Of a stretch of DNA of 64,000 nt, positions 1-12,082 are shown piece by piece (position 1 is the stretch's first letter; each line of letters starts with the position of its first letter). The notes beneath the pieces were generated by a model. That model saw only the letters and a list, made by a program, of their open reading frames with translations, was not told the DNA's origin and did no database searches. Source of the stretch: Callorhinchus milii (taxonomy: Eukaryota); assembly GCF_018977255.1 (NCBI RefSeq), contig NW_024704743.1:104224001-104288000 (forward strand), read 5' to 3'. The position numbers and the translations under genes were made by a program.

Positions 1-329
1 TTTATTATTTTCAATAGAACATCGAAACACATCGAAACACACTTGTTATTTTGAAGCGCAGTGATTTCTGTGATGTAGATAAATATGTTAAGTGCCTTAG
101 CATCTTGGGATATCCTCCCAACTTTAAAGGCGTTATATAAATGCAATTTGTTGTTAACTAATCTGTGACAGCAATATTCCACCACCAGCAATGAGGTGGG
201 TGACAAATTTGCCTGTTTCTATACTGAATTAGAAAGTGAAAGAAATATTGAGCAAGACACAAGGAAAATGTCCCTGATCTTCTTTTAAATAGTGTCATTG
301 AATCTTTAATATCTCCTGAACCAAGCTCT

Positions 330-770
330 ATGAACCTGTCACCTCCATCCTCGCTTGGTTGCACTGGCACCCCATCCCCCAATTCAGATCGAATTGAAGA
401 CCCCATTTTCGAGTTTAATATCTTCCATGGTCTCATCCTACCCTAACTCTGTGACCTTCCTCAACCACACCGACTCAGCCACTCTCTTTATTCAGTGAAC
501 ACTGGCCAGCTTCATGTCTACCACTCTATCTGCTGCACCATCAGCGGGCAGGCTTTCAGCCATTCTAACCCTCTGGAACTGTCTTCAGACATGTTCATTC
601 CCTCTGCTCTTTCAAGGTACATTTCAAAACATACTTCTTTGACTGCTCTTTCTGTCATCTTTTCGTTCCCCACCACACTTGGTTCCCAACCAAACTCAGG
701 TGCCCATCAAGCATTATTAAGCATTTGAGATATCCTCCTGATGTGAAAGGCACTATAAGAACGTAAATTC
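330..770 (+). mobile_element. Old L2 LINE 3' fragment
   Basis: Degenerate L2 ORF2 C-terminus/3'UTR followed by the diagnostic tail 'gagatatcctcctgatgtgaaaggcact'. Confidence 0.65.
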
Positions 771-1564
771 ACCAGAATATGTTGTCAGGATACACAGCAT
801 TCCTCTCCTGCTGCATTGGTATGCCAGTCAAAATTATGAGCCCAAATCTGGCTGGGTGACACTTGCAGTTTTTGTTTATAAATAGCCACGCGATGGTGCT
901 ACATCGAAAGCAATTTAGATTCATGCAATCTGATGTTTGTTTCACTGCACATAGCTATGAAAGACTGTGAAAGACATAATCTTATATGATCCTAAGCTCT
1001 TTATTGAAACATTATTTTTTCCATTAATTGGAATATCTAAACGCAAGTGCACTTTTATTCATGAGTTTCAGTGCTGGTGGCTGGGTGGTTTTCTTAGTAA
1101 TGAACACAATTATATTTCCTGTCACCTTTTACAAAATCCTGGAGACCCCTCTAACACTGTGATCAAACCATATGGTTGATATAAATCAGATGAATCCTGA
1201 AAACTGCTGAAATCCCATGCACTTGAGACTGGAACTAGTTTGACTAATTATATTTTCTTCTTATGTTACTTTTGTTTAGCATTGTATTAATATTATACTC
1301 ATAATATTATACAACCAACTATCAGAGCAGAATGTTGGTTTTTCATGATAAATAGTACCCAGGTGATCAGAATACTACTACGACTAATCCTTGGATTTGA
1401 CATGATGCTCGTTATGTAAAATATCTCAAAGGGTTTAACAGGGATTTGCTGTCAAATGTAACAATGATATACAGTAGAAATCCAGTTTGCAGTTACCTCA
1501 CTAATCCAGCTGCCTCTCAGTTGTGGGCACATTTTCACACTCTCTTTCATTGTTAGTGTTAAAA

Positions 1565-1835
1565 GATAGGCTGAAACAAAAACAGAAGTCGCTGGGAATA
1601 CTCAGCAGGTCAGGCAGCATCTATGGAGAAAGGAAAGTGAGTCAATCTTTCGGGTCCACGACTCTTCGTCAGAACTGGGGCATGTTGGAAGGGAGAGGAG
1701 AAAATGGGGTAGAGGACAAGGGATGATGGATTAACCTCTTTAAAGCATCATCCACTGTCCTCTACCCCATTTTCTCCTTTGTCTTCCTTGCCCTGCCTCC
1801 CCCTTCTCTGTTAGCCCTTAAAATTAAAACATTGT
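1565..1835. mobile_element. Penelope-like element terminus (pLTR) with inverted arrangement
   Basis: Minus strand 1565-1730 reads ccccagttCTGACGAagagtcgtggacccGAAAgattgactc...gatgctgcctgacctgctgagtattcccagc, typical of chondrichthyan Penelope termini. A partial inverted copy lies at 1746-1835. Confidence 0.6.
1638..1677 (-). ncRNA. Degenerate minimal type I hammerhead ribozyme motif
   Basis: CUGACGA (1672-1666), stem II GAGUC/GUG/GACCC with one mismatch, then GAAA (1651-1648). The downstream stem III/cleavage triplet is diverged. Confidence 0.45.
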
Positions 1836-1849
1836 GATTGATTGACCAC

Positions 1850-1915
1850 AGCAACAACAACAACAAATTAAGTTTGTAAAGTGCCTTTCACATCAGGAGG
1901 ACGTCCAAATTTGAC
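1850..1915 (-). mobile_element. L2 3' tail
   Basis: (CAA)n followed by 'aagtgcctttcacatcaggaggacgtcc'. Confidence 0.7.
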
Positions 1916-2244
1916 AGCGGACTCCAGCCATTCACAAGCGGCTTTGGGCTGTCAGTCAGGTCCAGGCGGAGGAACAGGGAAGAAACAATGAAGGGAATGG
2001 GAGGAGTCAAATCGTAATTGATTGACAGTTGGAGCCGCGTGTGAATGGGTGGAATGCCCGTCCACCCACAAGCGTTTCCAGGCTGTCAATCACCTCGCTC
2101 ACTGCCCCTTCCCGTCCAATGCGAACGGCAATGCAAGGGAGGAAGTGCTGCCGCTGTGGGCAGGGTGACATAACAGAACTTTGGCTGACCATTGTCCAGT
2201 TCCAATATGTCCGGTTTAAACGGTTTCTACTGTAAATCCATCGG

Positions 2245-2850
2245 ACAATTTGTCAACACTTTGACATTAACCTAAAGACCAACTGATATGAACATCAACC
2301 AGCAAAAGTGACATCAAAAATTAGTATTACAATAATCTGGGACTCACAACTACATACAGATCGGACAGTAATTTGGAATAAACCTGACATCATCATAAAA
2401 AACACCTGCATTATACATGCAGTGGCCATCCCAAGTGATTTCAATGTAGGAAATAAGGATCTAAGAGAAGATTAGGAAATATAAAATATGAATTTCGCCC
2501 ACAAAATATATAGTCAATGGAGTTTACAGTATATTCTGTGAAGTGCTTTGCTATATCAAATGCAAGGATTGTTATTATAATATACTGATCTACAAATTGA
2601 ATGCGGATGCATGTGGCAGTACAAAACAAGCAGAGTTCCTATAATCACTGGTACAACTGGGACTGTTAATAAGACAATTAAGAAATGACTGACAAGATAT
2701 CTGATGCACAAAATGTCCAGCAAAAGTGACTCCAGAAAGTAGCTATTTTAGGAAGTTCAAACATACTAAGAAAGGCAACATCCATTCATGGTGATCCATC
2801 ACTGAAAACCATTTAGAAATGACCTATACAGAGTGAATTAAACTGTATTA
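2245..2850 (+). mobile_element. R4/Dong-clade (RLE endonuclease) non-LTR retrotransposon 3' fossil, interrupted by a SINE tail
   Basis: Translates as TICQHFDI..YEHQPAK..IIWDSQLHTDR..KPDII..AIPSDFN..DLQIECGCMW..VPII..LQKVAILGSSNILRK. Homologous to 63020-63585. Confidence 0.8.
2490..2582 (+). mobile_element. tRNA-SINE 3' fragment nested in the R4 fossil
   Basis: cgcccacaaaatata...ctgtgaagtgctttg...atcaaatgcaaggatt. It is absent from the homologous R4 copy near 63310. Confidence 0.8.
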
Positions 2851-3710
2851 TTATAAAAATTATAATTTGATCACAGTTTAGTACAATTGGAGAACCACAA
2901 AATGTCCCATGAAATGAATAATGCAAAATCAGTGCAGGAAAACATCAACCAGATTCTAGACTGTTCGCTGAACGTTTAAAATAAATTCCTCTTGAAGCCA
3001 AAGAATCTTGTGATTTTCTCAGTGGTATACTGGTTAGTTGGTTTGTATAAATAATAAATGGATTGCCTCACTGTTCACTTCCATTGAGTATAAGTATGCT
3101 CCAGGTGCGCTCTGTACTGTGCAACCTTAGCAGGTGAACTGTGGCAAACATTATGTATTATTACCCTGATTGCCTATCAATTCAGCATAACTCTCACACT
3201 TAAGTAGAGTAAGTGCATTTTAACTTTCTGGCTTATTCAGCTGCACTTCTCCATACTGTCTATGAATACCATGCATCTCCATGACATGTCTTCACGTTTC
3301 CTGTGGATAACATTACCATAGATAACAGATGGTGCTGTGAGAACCAACATGTTATATGGATATCAATGAAAGAAATGAACCAGTCTGGAAAGAAACACAA
3401 TTTGTTTGGTCTCTTAAAAATGCCTTAAAGTTTATCACAAGTAATTATTGTCTAATGCAGTTCCTGTTTTTGTATGTGATTTGTGCCAGAAAATGTCCGA
3501 CAAATAGTAAAGTAAGGTCCCACAAACAGTCATGAGGCTACAATGCACTGAATGTTTTGCACTTAAAACAAGTGTTTGCCATTCCAGTTACTTAACTACC
3601 ACGTGATATAAACAAATTGTGCAGGTAGGAGCCGCAGGACACAATTTAGAGAGTAACTGTAAGTCACTCATGTCTACATCATTCAGGAGTTATCAGGCTA
3701 GTCCATTCAT

Positions 3711-4015
3711 AGAGACCTGTAGCTCAGTGGTTAGAGCACTCGCCTTGCAAGTGAGACACCTGGGTTCAAGGGCGAAACCATGGGCAAGTTTCCTTACTCC
3801 ACACGCCTAATAATAATCCCTCCAAAACAAAAAGCAATAATAAACTGGTCATTTTGAATGCACAACTGTTTGTGGGACACTGCTGTGCGCAATTGGCTGC
3901 CATGATTTGCCCACAAATGTACAGTCAATTCACTTTACAGTATATTCTGTGAAGCGCTTTGAGACATCTAAAAGGCGTGAAAAAGCGCTATATCAAATGC
4001 AAGGATTATTATTAT
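3711..4015 (+). mobile_element. tRNA-Ala-derived SINE (short subfamily)
   Basis: Head cctgtagctcagtggttagagcactcgccttgcaa, L2-like tail and (TTA)n. Confidence 0.9.
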
Positions 4016-4827
4016 ACATGTACATCACATTTCTTGGCTCCTCGTCAAGCATTGTCTCTTGAAATTCCTTTCGTGAACAGAAGAAGGGAAATGAGCTTCT
4101 TACCATCAGTTCATTTAAAAGTTAAACAGCTTTAACAGTTCTTCGGTCTCTCTAAAAAAACAGGCTTGGCACCATTGGAGAAGCACAAATTAATCCTCAT
4201 TCATTATGCATACATATTACTCAGGCTGTTGAAATGGAATGGAGCCAATTGGCCACTAACATTTTTTCTCTCTCACTGTCATAAAACCCTTCTAATGATG
4301 GAAGTTTCATGTAGATGATTGAGGTTGTTTGAAGATTAAATTTCAGACGTATTGAAAATGTTTTAAAAAGTTAAGTGATTGTATTATAGACAAAGATATC
4401 TCTGCACGAATACTTATTGAAAGTACTCCAGTGGACTAAATAACCACAACTGTGCCAATATTTACACTCCAGAAGAGAATTGTGTTATCTAATCTTTTTT
4501 TTAGCTCAGTTACAATTGATTTCTCTTTAGTACAAATTTGCTGATTTTAATACAACACAATTCACAATTTAACTGGATTGTGGTAGGAGCTTAAAAAGAG
4601 TGAGAGGCTATTCAATGTTAATAGTCCAGTCTTTGCAGTTAGGGTTGTTATTTTTAGACAATGTATTTAGTGATAAGTATTGATTCAAAAAAGTAATCCA
4701 ACGGATGTGACAGTCTCAACTTCCAATCAATACAATGTCAGTCCATGCAGTTATAGTTGGTGTGATTATTTGCAAGCCCCGAGTTAATGCCACAGCGCTC
4801 TGACATTATAAGGTAACAGCAGCAATT

Positions 4828-4982
4828 GCTTAGATAATTATTTTGGAAGGACAAATTTGCAGGGCTATGGGGAGAGAGTGGGGGAGTGGAATTGATGTGG
4901 ATATCTCTTTTAAAAGAACCGGCACAGACACGATGGGCCGAATGGCCTCCTTCTGTGCTGTATAATTCTACGATTCTATGTT
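4828..4982 (+). mobile_element. CR1 LINE 3' end
   Basis: ttgcagggctatgggg...gggccgaatggcctccttctgtgctg...(ATTCTRYG) tail. Confidence 0.85.
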
Positions 4983-6209
4983 CCATTTACCAAATACAAT
5001 GCTTTAAAAATTAAAATCAGCAGCAAAATCATATCGGTGATTGTCTGAATCACCAGCACATTGGGACGTCCTCCCAATGCAAAAGGTGCTATACAAATGT
5101 AATTTTGTTGTTGTTGTTGAATCTTAACAGAGCCCATAACAAAATGGCCCATTAATGAAAGTTGTATTTTTCAAAATGACCAGCACCCAAGTGAAAAGGT
5201 AATTGCTGGGCACAAAATAATGCAATAACAATAAGAAAAGAAACAATGCACATCAAGGTTTTCTCCCATTTAATCATGCAAATAATCTTCATGCTTTTAA
5301 TCCAAATGGAGAGTAAAACTAGTTTTAACTGCTGACAACTTCACAAAGAAACATGCTTAACACTTCAATACAATAACCTTTAGATAACATTTCAGAATGT
5401 TACTGAGTTAAGAAGTGGGTAGCGATTTGATACAGTGCACAATAAAAATGAACATTATAAATCTTTTGTAACTGGTAATTTATATTCTAAAATAATACTA
5501 GTACAATATTACATTCACATGCTACTCCCATTGTATAATTTGCTTTCCTTCAGGATGCCTACTGTAGGGTTTCAAGATAAATGAAGATGAATTTCAATTT
5601 CTTTTAACATAGATAAAATAATAGAAATAACAGCAGAGAAGGAAACTAACTATCATTGTCAGCTCATCAAGCCTGTGCTGCTACCAGCAAATTCACTGGA
5701 TTTGTATATTCAAAATTCTCTGTGCTTTCATTATACCCTTTCATAATGTTTCTCTTCAAACACCGATGCAATGCTATTTAAAAAGTTCTGAAAATGAGAA
5801 ACATCTTATGACTAAAAGCATATCCACATAACATTTAATTAAAACAATGAAACTAAACCAGTGACAACTTTGATAAGGGTGGTTTATTTTACACAGAAAC
5901 AAAAGTGGACAATAATTCAAATCTATATTGTTAAGTTACACGTAATCTATGTACATTTCTACATTTAACACACGGTGGGTCAATTCAGCAGGTCCCATAT
6001 ATATATCCATATATTATTATTATAACCTCTCAACTGTCAGCAGGGTGCATCTGTATATGTATATATATATCTGTATATATCTGTATATTCTGTATATGGG
6101 TAGCCAAAGACACTGCCCTGTGTGAACGGTGCTAACCAACTGATAGTTACTATTGTTGCTGGTGATCAGTTTCGTAGTGGGCAGTGAGTTCTGGCTCACA
6201 CTTTGGGGG

Positions 6210-6470
6210 AACAATCCATTTAAAATCTTATACACACCTCTATAACCTCCCCTCTGAGCTGTCTCATTTGAAGGCTGAAGAGCTCTAGCCTGTCTAATTA
6301 TTGTTCCAAGCTCATTGTGAAATCATCTTTGTTGCTATACTCTGCCTCTAGGTTCTGGGCAGTCCCTGAACATTGATCAGAATTGTGTGCAGTATTGCAG
6401 GTGCAGACAGATCGGAGCACCATACAGATCTAATACTGCACAGGGTTCTCATGTTCTACAGTACAGATGG
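6210..6470 (-). mobile_element. Old CR1 ORF2 fragment
   Basis: Degenerate RLGLFSL..R.LRG..IEVYKIL-like coding on the minus strand. Confidence 0.5.
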
Positions 6471-6649
6471 TGAGATAATTGATTTATAATTTTTCCCAGG
6501 TTCTTGTTCCACTTCTCCTCTGAATGTCAGGATAACATTTATTACTTTGAAGTTTGTATCTGTAAATCAAAGTCATTGGGTTCTCCCTCAGTGTTAGTAA
6601 TAAGTTATGACTTGCCGTACAGCAATTTAGAAAACTGGCAGTGTGTGAT

Positions 6650-6800
6650 ACCAACTGAAATGATAAGGTAAAATAGAAACAAAAAACTGTGGAATCAAAT
6701 GGAGGAAATCTGGAATAAAATTGGAACCTGTTAGAAATTAACATTGGAAAGAGCGATATAAGGTTCATGTTTTGAGTGTGACCTTTCACCAGAATTGAAA
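6650..6800 (-). mobile_element. Degenerate Penelope-like terminus
   Basis: Minus strand ttCTGGTGAaaggtcacactcAAAAcatgaac... resembles 1565-1680. Confidence 0.4.
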
Positions 6801-8065
6801 TGATTGCCTATGTTTGCCGACAAATTGCACAATTCTAGTCCCTAATGACAATTTTTATGCACATTTCAAATGGTTTTCATTTATTGTGTTGTTCTTGCTT
6901 CTGTCTGTGCAGCGTTTTATGCAAAAAAGTATTTCCTCAAATGTGGTTCATCAAATAAATAATTTGTTTCAGAAATAAATGAAAAATATTTTAGATGTGC
7001 ATATGCCCATATTTCCTTTATTTTTCATATGATTAAGTAAGTATTTTTATGAAAAACTAGCACCTTGGCTACCAGTAAATGTACAAAAATAAATTTGTTT
7101 GAGAACCACTGACCAAGACTATGTGAGTTCAAGTACGAGTGCTACCAACTGGGATTGACACACATGATTAGTTCATAAATTACATTGCTTCTGAGAGATT
7201 CCTCAGTTGATGAAGCCACTGCCTGGAATGAAATGGAGCTGCACTGGCCTGGGTTATCTTAGGTTTGGTCTGGGCTATTAGCTGAATTCATCTGAAGCAA
7301 TAGGAAGGGTTTTAATAAGTTTTTTCCTTCACCGAAAACACATAGTATTAACTTTACAAATTTTTTATGGTATTAAAGAACTTTTGAGACTCCCCAAGTG
7401 ATACAGTAGGTGTTGAAACATGCACTAGGAAGATCCCAGGTTTGATTCATGTGTTCATTTCAATACACAATTCAGTCCTAAAATACAAACATTTGAACTT
7501 TTCACCCAGCACTCTGGTGTTATGCTGGCTTCAAAATCATTGGATTGCCTAAATTTTGAATTTCTACCAACTCAAAGTGGCTTGTAAATTTCTTTCGACA
7601 CATTAAGTGTGACAGTAGTGAGGTAGTCATTCTGGAAGGATGAGATGAAATAGTCCAAAGGGCCTTCTTCCTTCAAAATTTTCTTGTGATCTGCAATTGG
7701 CCTCAATTGTTGTTCGACCCCAGGAGGGGAAAGTAAAGCAATGTTCCTGCTGCTGATTGCTGTCCAGTGACTCTTTATAAGAAGTGTGCCTGTGTGGATG
7801 GCAGATGAAATCATGATTCAAGTCAACTGAATGACCTGCAGATGCACCAAAATAAAACAGATTGTGTCTTTCATTGCAAAGATCAGAGATTTCCAGCTAT
7901 GAAACCTGAAGTGAATAAACAAAAGGAAAAGAACTTCACAACTCACCTTAATATATATATTTATGCGGTCAATTTTGTGATGTTGAGATTCTTTAACAGT
8001 GACATGACTTATGAAAATGTATTATTCAAACTTCATATTGATAATAGAATTTTATAGGTACTCTC

Positions 8066-8155
8066 ATAATATAATATAATATAATATAATATAATATTAT
8101 ATTATATTATATTATATTATATTATATTATATTATATTATATTATATTATATTAT
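8066..8155. repeat. AT-rich palindromic microsatellite (ATAAT)6(ATTAT)12
   Basis: Directly visible. Perfect palindrome centred at 8095/8096. Confidence 0.95.
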
Positions 8156-8939
8156 AGCAGTTCCCTCCAAAGCTATTCTTTCTTTACAAAATTCTAGAAT
8201 CATTGTGTCTGCATTAATACCTGAAGCCAAGTGTTTTTTTTACAATTCGGATATATTATGGTTGATGAAAAATGTTGTATACCTTTCTGAAGCTATGACA
8301 CAATCTGGTACTAAAATTAGGTTTCTGAACAGAATTGCTTTCAGATAGGTTCCAGCAAACATGCTGCATCTTACATGTGCCAATCTATACAAATGTTTAA
8401 AGACATAAATGAAAAAGGAGCGAGAACACACATTCCAATAAATATCTTATCAATTTCCATGTATAGTGGGATGCATGGATTTCTGGTTTGGATACTCTTG
8501 AGCGTGGGAATAAGTTTCCATATGTGTCATTGGCTGACCGAATTGTTTTTGTAATAATGAATGAGTATTGTGATGTTTCTCAATCAATTCAATTAACACA
8601 TTGAAACTGTTAGGAAACATCACAATGTCTAGTCTATTACTAAAGACTAGCTGTCAGTGTGAGCTCTCCTGCATGACTTTGGCACAATGGTTGAGTGCCA
8701 CATTGCTCCAAAAAATATCAGTGCTGCCAACAGATTGAATTAAGATCGTATTCTGTGAGGCTGTACTGAAATGCTCAGTGGTTGTCAACAATAATGGTGG
8801 AGCTGAAATATTTGGACTAGTTTCAAGTCGATCCATTCATCCAAACAGGGAATGGAGTGGTGGCAAATCATACCTCAGGCTGGAAATTATGATTAACATA
8901 TTTAAGAGCCCACATCAAGCTCTGCACCCCATCACCATA

Positions 8940-9478
8940 GGCTGCAGATCATCCAGAACTCTGCAGCCAGTGTCCTCTCCTGCACCGTGCTCCGCCATCC
9001 TATCAACCCCATCCACGCTCGGATCCACCGGCTCCTCATCACTCAGAGGATACAGTTCAAGATCCTCGTCGTCACCTTTAAAACCCTCCATGGCCTCGCT
9101 CCTCCCTACCTCTGTGACCTCCAAACCCCATACCAACCTGTGCGCTCCCTCCACTCAGTAGACTCCGCCCTGCTTCAAGTCCCCTGCCTTGTTTACCACA
9201 CCATTGGCAGACGGGCCTTCAGCCTCTCTGCCGCCACCTACTGGAACTCCATCTTCACAGACCCTTTGCTTCACCCCCTCACCTGCCTCCTCAAAACCCG
9301 GCTCAAGACCCTCCTCTTCCACCATGCCTTTGGTCACCCTCCTACTCCTACCTGCCCCACTTTCTGCCCCTTCTGATCCCAATCACCATCTCGGGTGTGG
9401 ATCCCTGACTGTCCAGCGCCTTGGGACGTCCTCCTGACATGAAACGCACTATATATATATAATTTATTGTTGTTCTTG
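8940..9478 (+). mobile_element. L2 LINE 3' fragment
   Basis: ORF 8987-9376 (QRIQFKILVVTFKTLHGLAPPYL..RAFSLSA..WNS) plus stem-loop tail. Confidence 0.9.
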
Positions 9479-9499
9479 TCAGGCGCCACTGGGTCCCTG

Positions 9500-9855
9500 T
9501 TGCATAACTGATCAATTTCAAGATCCTCACATGTGTGCAAATCACTTCACTCTCTGGTACTTCTAAGACCTGCTTTCATCCCACTTCTCTACCCATCCCC
9601 TTCACTCAGCTGCCCCTCTTGTCCCCTCGTACCTTGTGCCCTCTGCACTACCACTGGATGTTGTGCAGTTTCCAGTCCACTACGGCCTGAAATGCTGCCT
9701 CAATCCCTCCAGTTTACGGTCTTCAGTTTGCATCTGAAGATCTTCCTCTTTGATCGTACCTACGGTCATGTTCCCCCCTCTCTCCAGCTCAGTGTCAAGC
9801 TCTGCCACTGTTAAGTGCCACCATGAAGGAAGCTAAATAATGCAAGTTGTTGTTG
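9500..9855 (+). mobile_element. Older L2 3' fragment
   Basis: gatcaatttcaagatcctc...aatgcaagttgttgttg. Confidence 0.65.
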
Positions 9856-10215
9856 CAGCAAATCAATGACACATAACAAAACATCAGAATTTTTACCCCA
9901 TGATATGGTCTTAAACAGAAAACATAGAGAAATGCGGTTGGACCTTATCTGTTGTCAGTCATAATTCCAGAATAACTGCATCAACAAAGTCGCTCACAAT
10001 TTTTCAGGTCAGTTTACTTCTATCATATCCTACTGCTCTCTCCATTATATGTATTATGTTTAGATTATGGGATTAGTAAGCATTTAAATTATAAGAAGCC
10101 GACATTTCTCTTTTCAATTCAGTTTTCAATTTTTTTAAATTAATTTTTTTGCTGATTATTGTGAAGGGATGTCATTGCTGGAGCATGGAAATTGTTTTTC
10201 TCTTTGGTCTCCCAA

Positions 10216-10580
10216 GGGTTAGCCTGTGGCTCAGTGGTTACAGCACTCGCCTCGCAAGCAGGATCACTGGGTTTGATTCCCAGTAGGGCGAAATGTTGGG
10301 CAAGTTTCCTTACTCCACATGCCTCTGTTTACCTAGCAGTAAGTAGGAACCTAATTGTCAGTTGATTGTCTGGGGGTAATAATCCCTTCAAAAAATAATA
10401 GTAATAAATTGGTCACTTCAATCCATGAGTGTTTGTGGGACACTACTATGCGCAGTTGAGTGCTGGTTACACCCACAAAATATACAGTCAATTCACTTTA
10501 CAGTATATTCTGTGAAGCGCTTTTAAATATCTCGAAAACATGAAGAGTGCTATATCAAATGCAAGGATTATTATTATTAT
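10216..10580 (+). mobile_element. tRNA-SINE (long subfamily)
   Basis: tRNA head, internal gcctctgtttacctagcagtaagtaggaac segment and L2-like tail. Confidence 0.9.
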
Positions 10581-10720
10581 TTGTAGGGTATTACGGGCTA
10601 GATGCAAAATATAGAGCTGCTTGTGCTCTATATTAACAAAAACAACTTGCATTTATATAGTGCCCTTCATGCGGGATAGCTTCTCATTTGAAATAGCACC
10701 ATGGGATCTTTATCGTCTAC

Positions 10721-11935
10721 AATAACAACAACTTGCATTTATATAGTGCCTTTTACACGGGGTAGTGTCCTGGAGAGCTTGACAGTGGTGGTATCTGACA
10801 ACAAGCCAGGTAGAGAGGGAGCGGGAAGTGACTGTAAGCAGGATCAAAAAGGAAGGTTTTTACACGGGATTTAAGTGGGTAGGGAGGGGGCTAGGCAGAG
10901 GTATTGAGGGAGACATTTCCAGATTTTCGGTATGTAGTGGTTGGAAGCACGGCCACCGATGGTGGAGTGGAGGCGATGAGGGACAAACAGGAAGCTGGAG
11001 CCAGACAAGCGGAGGCAGCATGTGGTGGAGTGGAGGATAAGCATATCGGATAGGTAGGGAGGTGCAATGGCATGAAGGAATTTGAAAATGAGTGAGAGGA
11101 TCTTGAAATCGTTCCGTTCAGTAATTGGGAGCCAGTGGAGCCTAGCAAGGACTGGTGTGATGGGTTCAGGAGTTCTGTGTGGCTGCCAGAGTGCTGAATT
11201 AATTGAATTTTATGTATGGGGGACGGAATTTTGTGCGCGTTCGTATCCAGGCGGAGAGGTTTGAATTTGTTGAATTTTGCGTATGATGGAGCTGGGGAGA
11301 CCAGCGAGGAGGTCATTAGAATAGTCCAGCCAGAAGTGACAAAGGTATAGATAAGGGTTTTGGCTTAGTTGAATGTGAGGTACGGATGGAGCCCTGATGT
11401 GTGGTAGAAAGGAAAGCTGGGAATCAAATGTGATGCGAAAGTTGCACAAGGATTCAGTGATTCTGAGGGAGAGCCCAGGGAGGTTGAGGAGGTCAGACCC
11501 GCAGGCAAGAAGACATTGACCGGAGCCAAAGAGTTGGCTTCCATCTTGCCAACATTCAGCTGCAAGAAATTTGCACTCATCGAGGCCTTGATGTCCATCA
11601 AACAAGCTGACAGGACATCAGGGGACTGGGAGTCGCAGTTGGAGGAGAAGTAGATTTGGGTGTCATCCGCAAACATGTGGAAGTTGACCCCATGTTTACA
11701 GATGACATCATCGAGAGGGAAAAGGTAGATAAGGAAAAGAAGGGGGCTGAGGATAGAGCCTTGGGGTACACCGCAGGTGACTAGGCGGGGGTGGGAGGAA
11801 AAACCATTTGCTAAGATCTATTGTCGGCGGTTTGTTAGGTAGGACTCGAACCATGCGAGTGCTTTCCCAGTAAGGTGAATGAGGGAGGAGAGGCGGTGGA
11901 GGAGGATGGTGTGATCGACTTTGAACACCTCAAAC
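10721..11935 (-). mobile_element. L2 LINE fragment (RT C-terminal half and 3' end)
   Basis: [10 protein letters not shown] motif (ORF 11365-11676), [12 protein letters not shown] upstream, and tail at 10721. Confidence 0.9.
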
Positions 11936-12082
11936 CAGCCTCGGAAAAACATACCTTACTTTTCCTGCTGTAAATATAGCCAGTTCCCACACCAGTCAGC
12001 TTTACATAATCTCTGAATAAATTTAGCAACGGCTGATTCATGAACGGTTTTTTGCTGTTGAATTATGCTTTGAGGGAATAAT

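Noticed and set aside
1123..1161. V(D)J recombination signal sequences at CACAGTG/CACTGTG heptamers (also ~17930, 38018, 39152, 61578)
   Set aside because: There is no ACAAAAACC-like nonamer at 12 or 23 spacing, and no V/J segments were seen.
8567..8626. miR-499 (shares GTGATGTTT / AACATCAC)
   Set aside because: It lacks the TTAAGACTTG seed-containing 5' part.
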